The position numbers and the translations under genes were made by a program. DNA of 18,113 bases from Octopus sinensis (taxonomy: Eukaryota), in assembly GCF_006345805.1 (NCBI RefSeq), contig NW_021825001.1, positions 1 through 18,113 on the forward strand. Direction: 5' to 3'. Each line of letters opens with the position of its first letter. Position 1 is the first letter of the stretch. This document shows, piece after piece, positions 10,870-18,113 of the stretch. The notes beneath the pieces were generated by a model. It was not told where the DNA came from, searched no databases, and was given only the letters and a program-made list of their open reading frames with translations.

Positions 10870-11212
10870 GAAATCTTACCAGACAAAATCCGATATAGAC
10901 ACCTGACCTTTTCAATCTTTCGGGATTTTGGTTTTCTTGTTATTTGTTGTTTTAAAATTATTTCTAATGATATTTGCAGAGAATTCTCCTGCATTCCTAA
11001 AATCTGCCCTGCATCTTATATTCTTGTATCATCTGCAATGTTTTTGTGTTGTTTAATAATTCACATGAAGAAATAAACAAAATATGTATCGTAATACATT
11101 CTTCTTCTAGATGTAGTTGCTCCCATCCTACTCGATCTTCTATTCTTCTTTTTCTTATACTAAATTTCTTCTCCTATCTCTTTCCTTCTTCTTACAGTTA
11201 CAGTTTTATTGC

Positions 11213-11213
<1 letters not shown>

Positions 11214-11283
<70 letters not shown>
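11214..11283. repeat. (ATT)n immediately upstream of the SINE-B trimer
   Basis: Directly visible. Confidence 0.95.
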
Positions 11284-11284
<1 letters not shown>

Positions 11285-11286
11285 TC

Positions 11287-11474
11287 AGAGGCGGTGGTCT
11301 GGTAGAATCATTAGAATGCCGGAAGAAATGATTACCAGTAATTCTCTCGCTGGCATGTTCTGAGTTCAAGTTCTGCCGAGGTCGAACGTGCATTTTATCC
11401 ATTCGGGGTCGATAAATTAAGTAATCGACTATCCCCTACCCCAGATTTCAGGCCTTGTGCCAATAATAGAAAGG
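11287..11474 (+). mobile_element. Family-B SINE (B3)
   Basis: ggcggtggtctggtagaatcattag head, gagttcaagttc B box, central gtcgaacgtgcattttatccattcggggtcgataaattaag, ATT tail. Confidence 0.88.
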
Positions 11475-11531
11475 ATTATTATTATTATTATTATTATTAT
11501 TATCATTATTATTATTATTTATATTAATATT

Positions 11532-11737
11532 AAGGCCGTGAGCTGGCAGAATCGTTAGCAAGCCGGGCAAAATGCTTAGCGGCATTTCGTCCGTCCTTAC
11601 GTTTTAAGTCTAAATTTCGACTTTACATTTCATCTTTTCGGGGTCGATAGATTAAGTATCATTGAAACACTGGGTTTAATGTGATCGACAAGTACTCTCC
11701 CCACCAAATTTCAGGCCATGTGCCTCTAATACAAAGA
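11532..11737 (+). mobile_element. Family-B SINE (B4)
   Basis: ggccgtgagctggcagaatcgttagc head; small deletion after the B box; ATT/ACT tail. Confidence 0.88.
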
Positions 11738-11764
11738 ATTATTATTACTATTACTATTTTTATT

Positions 11765-11927
11765 AAGCCAGTGAGCTGACAGAGTCGTTAGCACGCCGGG
11801 CAAAACTCCGCTGATGTCGACTTTACCTTTCATTCTTTCGGGGTGGATAAAATGAGTACCAGCTGAGCCCTGGTAAAATCAATTGTCTACCTACCACAAA
11901 TTTTGAGGTCTTGTGCCAAATTTGAAA

Positions 11928-11929
<2 letters not shown>
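11765..11929 (+). mobile_element. Family-B SINE (B5), internally deleted, variant 3' end (ttgtgccaaatttgaaatc)
   Basis: Head agccagtgagctgacagagtcgttagcacgccggg jumps about 45 nt to ctccgctgatgtcgac; followed by (ATT)n. Confidence 0.85.
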
Positions 11930-11994
<65 letters not shown>

Positions 11995-12090
11995 CATTAT
12001 TATTATTATTATCATTATTATTATCATTATTATTATTATTATCATTATTATTATTATTATTGTTATTATCACCATTATTATTATTGTTGT
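11930..12090. repeat. (ATT)n/(ATC) tail tract
   Basis: Directly visible. Confidence 0.95.
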
Positions 12091-12309
12091 TTTTTTTGTT
12101 GGTGTTGTTCGCAGACTTGTTATGATTTTCTAATAATATGCCACCATAACAACACGGCAAAAATCACAAAGATTTTAATTAAAATGTTACGGAAAGCGAA
12201 AATACCCGTAGGGGTAAATGAGGAAATAAAAAACATTTTTCTCATAAATGTTAGAAACTGCTATAAAAAATTTAAGCATAATAAATATTAAAAATTACAA
12301 AATTACAAT

Positions 12310-12490
12310 ACCATATATCTATCTATCTGTTTATATATACAACATATATCAATTAAAAATATATTTCTAAATATGTATGTATATATATATATAATACATA
12401 TATTTATACATATATTTATATATATTCATATATTTATATATATTTATATTCATATATATATATGTCTACACATATGTGTAATATATATAT

Positions 12491-12533
<43 letters not shown>

Positions 12534-12647
12534 CACATATATGTATATATATGTATATAAATATATATATATATTTACACATATATGTATATTATATATA
12601 CATATATATATATATATAAATATTTATATTAATATATATATCTATGA

Positions 12648-12681
<34 letters not shown>

Positions 12682-12720
12682 CTATATATAGTTTATATAT
12701 ATATAGAGGAGTGTGTGTGT
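12310..12720. repeat. Degenerate (TA)n low-complexity tract
   Basis: Directly visible; contains the left breakpoint of the tandem duplication. Confidence 0.9.
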
Positions 12721-13331
12721 ATGTATTTACGTATGTATGTACATAGTGTGGTGTTCTGTGACGGTAAGATCAATAAAAAAGCACTCCATCTGCTGCATGA
12801 TATTATTATTTAATATACACAATATGTGCTTTTATGTGCTCTTATTAGTTTCATGCGATGAAAGCATCTCAGGCAGTATTTTTAAACATGTCTGGTGTTT
12901 AATCGCAATCTTCAGACAATGCCCAAATGGCATAAGAAGTTAAAATTAGGACGATAGGTTGTGCGGGGGAAAAGCAACACATAAGTAGATATAAAACGTG
13001 AAAGCTTGAAAAAGCCGGAAAACGAAAAGAAAAAGCGAAAGAAGTAAAGCTGTAGTATAGTTCAAAATAACAGAAAAAAAAGATGAACAGAGGTGAGGGA
13101 ACAATAGGCAGGTGTACTAGTATGACGCTCTGGAAGAATGGAGAAGGTTCTTTACATTTCAAACGCACGCACTTGGACAGAAATGATATATATATATATA
13201 TATATAGACACAGGAGTGACTGTGTGGTAAGTAGCTTGCTCACCAAGCACAAGGTTTCGGGTTCAGTCCCGCTACGTGGCACCTTGGCCCACCAAAGCCT
13301 TGTGAGTGGATTTGGTAGACGGAAACTGTCG

Positions 13332-13386
<55 letters not shown>

Positions 13387-13671
13387 GTGTGTGTGTGTGC
13401 ATGTGTCTGTGTCGTGTTTTCGTCCCCGTAACCTAGCGGTTCGGCAAAAGAGACTTATAGAATAAGTACTAGGCTAACAAAGAATAAGTCCTGGGGCCGA
13501 TTTCTGAAACAAGAAAAAGAACCGTGCTGCATGAAGTTTTGTCAGTGAACAGGTCGCAGTCTCAAAGCGACGAAGATATTTTGACAAATTACATTTAAAT
13601 GCTGAAGTGAATCTAACAGTTTCTGTGTGTTTCTTAAATGGCTTATAAACACGTTCCACGCTGCAATTATT

Positions 13672-13680
<9 letters not shown>
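12490..13680 (+). repeat. Tandem duplication, unit 1 (~1.19 kb)
   Basis: Sequence from acggtaagatc (12761) to ctgcaattat (13661) recurs at an offset of 1192 to 1184 nt; boundaries approximate, within (TA)n. Confidence 0.93.
13206..13520 (+). mobile_element. Family-A SINE (A3) with three internal deletions
   Basis: Lacks gcaagtgtcttctactatagcctcgg, aaagaagcccg and the ~43 nt segment before ctgaaacaag relative to A2. Confidence 0.9.
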
Positions 13681-13721
<41 letters not shown>

Positions 13722-13839
13722 ACACATATATGTATATATATGTATATAAATATATATATAGAATTTACACATATATTATACATATATATATACATATATA
13801 TATATATAAAATTATTTATATTAATATATATATCTATGA

Positions 13840-13880
<41 letters not shown>

Positions 13881-14518
13881 TATACGTTTATAATATATAT
13901 ATGAGTGTGTGTGTATGTATTACGTATGTATGTACATAGTGTGGTGTTTGTGACGGTAAGATCAATAAAAAAGCACTCCATCTGCTGCATGATATTATTA
14001 TTTATATACACAATATGTGCTTTTATGTGCTCTTATTAGTTTCATGCGATGAAAGCATCTCAGGCAGTATTTTTAAACATGTCTGGTGTTTAATCGCAAT
14101 CTTCAGACAATGCCCAAATGGCATAAGAGTTAAAATTAGGACGATGGTTGGTTGCGGGGGAAAAGCAACACATAAGTAGATATAAAACGTGAAAGCTTGA
14201 AAAGCCGAAAACGAAAAGAAAAACGAAAGAAGTAAAGCTGTAGTATAGTTCAAAATAACAGAAAAAAAAGATGAACAGAGGTGAGGGAACAATAGGCAGG
14301 TGTACTAGTATGACGCTCTGGAAGAATGGAGAAGGTTCTTTACATTTCAAACGCACGCACTTGGACAGAAATGATATATAATATATATATATAGACACAG
14401 GAGTGACTGTGTGGTAAGTAGCTTGCTCACCAAGCACAAGGTTTCGGGTTCAGTCCCGCTACGTGGCACCTTGGCCCACCAAAGCCTTGTGAGTGGATTT
14501 GGTAGACGGAAACTGTCG

Positions 14519-14571
<53 letters not shown>

Positions 14572-14868
14572 GTGTGTGTTCATGTGTGCGTGTGTCTGTG
14601 TTTTCGTCCCCGTAACCTAGCGGTTCGGCAAAAGAGACTTATAGAATAAGTACTAGGCTAACAAAGAATAAGTCCTGGGGCCGATTTCTGAAACAAGAAA
14701 AAGAACCGTGCTGCATGAAGTTTTGTCAGTGAACAGGTCGCAGTCTCAAAGCGACGAAGATATTTTGACAAATTACATTTAAATGCTGAAGTGAATCTAA
14801 CAGTTTCTGTGTGTTTCTTAAATGGCTTATAAACACGTTCCACGCTGCAATTATTTATATATATTATA

Positions 14869-14905
<37 letters not shown>
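13681..14905 (+). repeat. Tandem duplication, unit 2
   Basis: Near-identical copy of unit 1 ending in (TA)n; boundaries approximate. Confidence 0.93.
14393..14704 (+). mobile_element. Family-A SINE (A4), duplicate of A3
   Basis: Same three deletions and flanks as A3. Confidence 0.9.
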
Positions 14906-14915
<10 letters not shown>

Positions 14916-15529
14916 GTGGTGTGTGGTGTGTTGTGTGTGTGTGTGTGTGTGTGTCTGTGTGGATGGATGCATATCAGTTTCAAAATTTGAACAGGGAAGC
15001 GACAAAGAAACGAACAGAAAATTCATACACAATATATGCGCGTGATCTTTCCTCGTTTGTTATCGACCAAAAAAGAAAAGAAAATCATTACAATTTCACG
15101 CCTTTAGTGATAATATAGTTCATTTATTGTAGCGTCAACAGCAAAAAGCTTCTCGAAATGATGAGCGTGGGAGGAGATTGGTGACGAAAATAAACACAAC
15201 AGGGGGTGGGTACGAATACAGATATACAGACGAAATGAAATATATAATATACCAAAAGAAAAAAGAAAGTCCTTACGGTTCTGAGACAAGGATAAGACAA
15301 GACTTGCGTATAAGCAAGACAATGGAAATGACGTCCCATGGGAATGGGAAAGAAAGCTTAGGGTATGAAAGGCTAGTAAGAAAATGGAAAAAGAAACGAA
15401 TCCCGTTTCGAACGTAAAGGAGGAAGCGAGAGCCTAAGAGAAGCCTGAGTGGACAAGTCAGCGGTCAAGCGAAAATGGTATTTGGAAAGAGATATGGGAA
15501 TGGTCACGGGTCACGGGTCACATGGTAGT

Positions 15530-15541
15530 GGGAGGAGAAGG

Positions 15542-15573
<32 letters not shown>

Positions 15574-15782
15574 AAAAATTAGTGAAGGGTAGAGAAAGAT
15601 CAGAAGTGGGCAGACAGAAAGTAATGTAGAAGGAGACAGAAGGGATAGTTGGGATAAAGAAAGGGAATGAGTCAGGAATAGAGAGAAAGAGAGGAGGAGG
15701 GAGAATAGTAAAGTGAAGGGGAGAGAGAAAAGGCAACAGAGTGAAAGAAGGAGAGAGAGAGGAAGAGAAAGGAGGAAGAACG
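15530..15782 (+). repeat. Polypurine GA-rich low-complexity tract including (GA)n 15542-15567
   Basis: Directly visible strand-asymmetric purine run. Confidence 0.9.
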
Positions 15783-16200
15783 AGACGTCGCACCAAAGAT
15801 CTCTGCTGTAGCAGTGACAATAAGAAAGGTGCGTGATGTGTGTGTGACTACACACATACACACACACAAACTTATATCTTAATGCAAGTACCTTGAGAGA
15901 GAAAGTGAGATAGCGTTCTCTCTAAGATTCCTGCTATGGAATTAAGTGCTATGTTTATTTCTTTTAATTGTCTAGCTTGTAAACACCTAGCGTATTGGTC
16001 GTTTGAGAACACAGATTTTTCGTGGTAGGACTGTTTGACGTCTATTTTTAACATACAAGGGATCGACTTAGTGGTCTCTCCGCTTATTTATATTTGAATA
16101 TAATTCTCGGTTCTCGGTCGTTGTTTTACGTATACTTACCACTGGTTCAAATTGGTATTATTTAATAATATTAATTTCTACCCTTATTATTATTATATAT

Positions 16201-16469
16201 AGGCGAAGGAGTGGCTGTGTGATAAGAAACTTGCTTCCCAACCACATGGTTATGGGTTCAGTCCCACTGCGTTGCAACTTGGACAAATGTAGTTTGCTAT
16301 AACCTTGTACCGACCAAAGCCTTGTGAGTGGATTGGGTAGACGGAAACTGAAAGAAGCCCCTCGTATATATATACATACATACACACCACACACACACAC
16401 ACACACATAATATATATATACATGCCACACACACCACCCACACCACATATATATATATATATATATATA

Positions 16470-16520
<51 letters not shown>

Positions 16521-16727
16521 GCCTGTGTTTGTTCCCTCATCATCAGCGCTTGACAACCGAAGCTGCTGTGTTAACGTCCTGTAACTTAGTGGTTCTGCAA
16601 AAGTGACCGATAGAATAAGTACTAGGCTTACAAAGAATAAGTCCCAGGGCAGTTCGATTCGTTCGGCTAAAGGAGGTGCCCCAACATGACCGCAGTGAAA
16701 TGACTCAAACAAGTAAAAGAATAAAAG
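16201..16727 (+). mobile_element. Family-A SINE (A5), diverged, with a CA-polarity internal microsatellite
   Basis: aggcgaaggagtggctgtgtgataag head, gggttcagtcccactgcgt, complete 3' half ending aagtaaaagaataaaag. Confidence 0.92.
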
Positions 16728-16759
16728 TATATGATTGACCGCTAAATCCACAAGTTCTT

Positions 16760-16912
16760 TTTATTCTCTCTCTGTTTATTTCCCCCTGTTCGTCTCTGTT
16801 GAAGAGTGTAGGCTCGAAACGTAAAACACTTTCTCACCTTCCCGAGCATCAAAAGAGTACGGATGTTCGTTGTATATACACCTGTCTTCGTCTTTTGTTT
16901 TTCTGTAAATTT
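16760..16912 (+). mobile_element. Possible Penelope-like element terminal-repeat fragment
   Basis: Contains ctgttga-a-gag-tgtagg-ctc-gaaacgt, resembling the degenerate hammerhead-type CTGANGA..stem..GAAACG motif typical of PLE termini; no coding sequence. Confidence 0.35.
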
Positions 16913-16934
16913 CATATATATATATGTATGTATA

Positions 16935-17346
16935 TCTCTCTATATATAAACGGCAGTTTGTCTGTCTGTGTGTCTGTGTGTCTGTCAGGTTGTACCCTCA
17001 CCCTGACCATGGCTTTCAACAAATTTTGATGTAACTTGACACACACATAGCCCAATGTCATAATTCAAAACTAACGCAGCGAAAATTTTGAAAAGTTCCC
17101 CTAGTTCTGAAAAAAATCGATAAATTCGACATGGGGTCGAGAATCTAAGCTTTTTATATGCAACACATTTTCTGTTGTAGTTTTCGCAACTTGCAATCAG
17201 GAGACAGCTAGGAACATCGTATACACAGAAGTATTTGAGTGAAGAGAAGACATTGCAACCTACACATGCGCCTTCTTTCCCTAGAAGGAAAAAACTAGAT
17301 TGGGATTAGTCTTACATACCCGGGCAACGCTGGGCTATGCTGCTAG
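16935..17346 (+). mobile_element. Non-autonomous Helitron (412 bp)
   Basis: 5' TC (tctctctatatataaa), 3' CTAG, inserted between A (16934) and T (17347) with no TSD, subterminal GC hairpin cccgggc-aac-gctggg (17319-17334) ending 12 nt before the element end, and a 5' (GTCT/GTGT) microsatellite. Confidence 0.85.
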
Positions 17347-17348
17347 TA

Positions 17349-17383
<35 letters not shown>

Positions 17384-17410
17384 TTGTATGTGTGTATGTA
17401 TGTATGTTAT
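17347..17410. repeat. (TA)n/(TATG)n microsatellite flanking the Helitron
   Basis: Directly visible. Confidence 0.9.
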
Positions 17411-18113
17411 GTATCACTGCATCTGTACGTATAATCGCTGTTCTTTGGTGTTGAATAAGTCTCGTAGGCGACAGGTATTTCCCATCGGGTACTAGGTTCA
17501 GTAGATGTCGATCATTTCAGGCCGAACGTATGAGTAGTCTCCCCTTGCTAATTTAGAGTTTCTAGTACTAAGAATTACGGCTAAGCCTTAAGAGTGTTTT
17601 AGCAACTAATGTTATACAGCTATCCGGTGGTAGAACTATCATGATCTTTCGTTTCTAATGTAGCTGAAAACGTTGTATCGTGCATAAACTCTATTGATGA
17701 AGATCAACAGCTAATGGTATTTTTGATTAGCCAGAAAGTTCCTCGCTTTTAATTGTGACATATCAGTCCTGTTTCCGTTTTAAAGCGTACTGTCAGCTGT
17801 TACAATTAGTCTATTGTCTTGCAGAGAAAATACGACTGCCCTGTGCTCTCAGCAAGAAAATGTCATTGTACGGAATACAATAGAGAATGCTCATTATAAA
17901 CACTTCAGTAACAGGGATCTCCACCGCTAATTTTCAATATACTTCTTCTCTAAGAAGGTATCCCATGTGTATTGTATACATACAACGCGAACAGTCTACT
18001 TTTGCATTTCAGATCGATCGCTATCATTAGAGAGGCATGAAAAAAAAAACGTGTATGAGGACTAGTAAATAGTAAAAACCTTCAGATTTATTCAGTAAAA
18101 AGATGGAGAAAAA

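Noticed and set aside
11019-11036. Minus-strand ADDTRI resembling a LINE reverse-transcriptase (F/Y)ADD motif
   Set aside because: Immediately followed by a stop; spacing to the upstream LFL..N-like block is too short and no QG motif is present.
16132-16140. ATACTTACC (U1 snRNA 5' end-like, or a perfect minus-strand donor)
   Set aside because: The downstream sequence does not continue as U1, and there is no polypyrimidine acceptor upstream on the minus strand.

Overview
AT-rich eukaryotic non-coding DNA, probably intronic or intergenic. The repeat content strongly suggests an Octopus (coleoid cephalopod) genome; this is inference from SINE sequence and microsatellite style. No convincing intact protein-coding gene is present, and almost all listed ORFs are translations of microsatellites. 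Supported features: (i) five copies of a tRNA-derived SINE with an internal (TA)n/(TG)n tract ('family A'); (ii) six copies of a second tRNA-derived SINE with (ATT)n tails ('family B'), mostly in head-to-tail chains; (iii) a heavily decayed plus-strand mariner transposase remnant (~9400-10567) split by a SINE; (iv) the 3' end of an R4/Dong-like restriction-endonuclease LINE on the minus strand running into a ~640 bp (AAT)n tract; (v) a ~525 bp non-coding element embedded in (ATT)n on both sides; (vi) a 412 bp non-autonomous Helitron; (vii) a possible Penelope-like terminal fragment; (viii) a ~1.19 kb tandem duplication with breakpoints in (TA)n, which may be an assembly artefact. There is one weak candidate 35-nt minus-strand exon at the window start.
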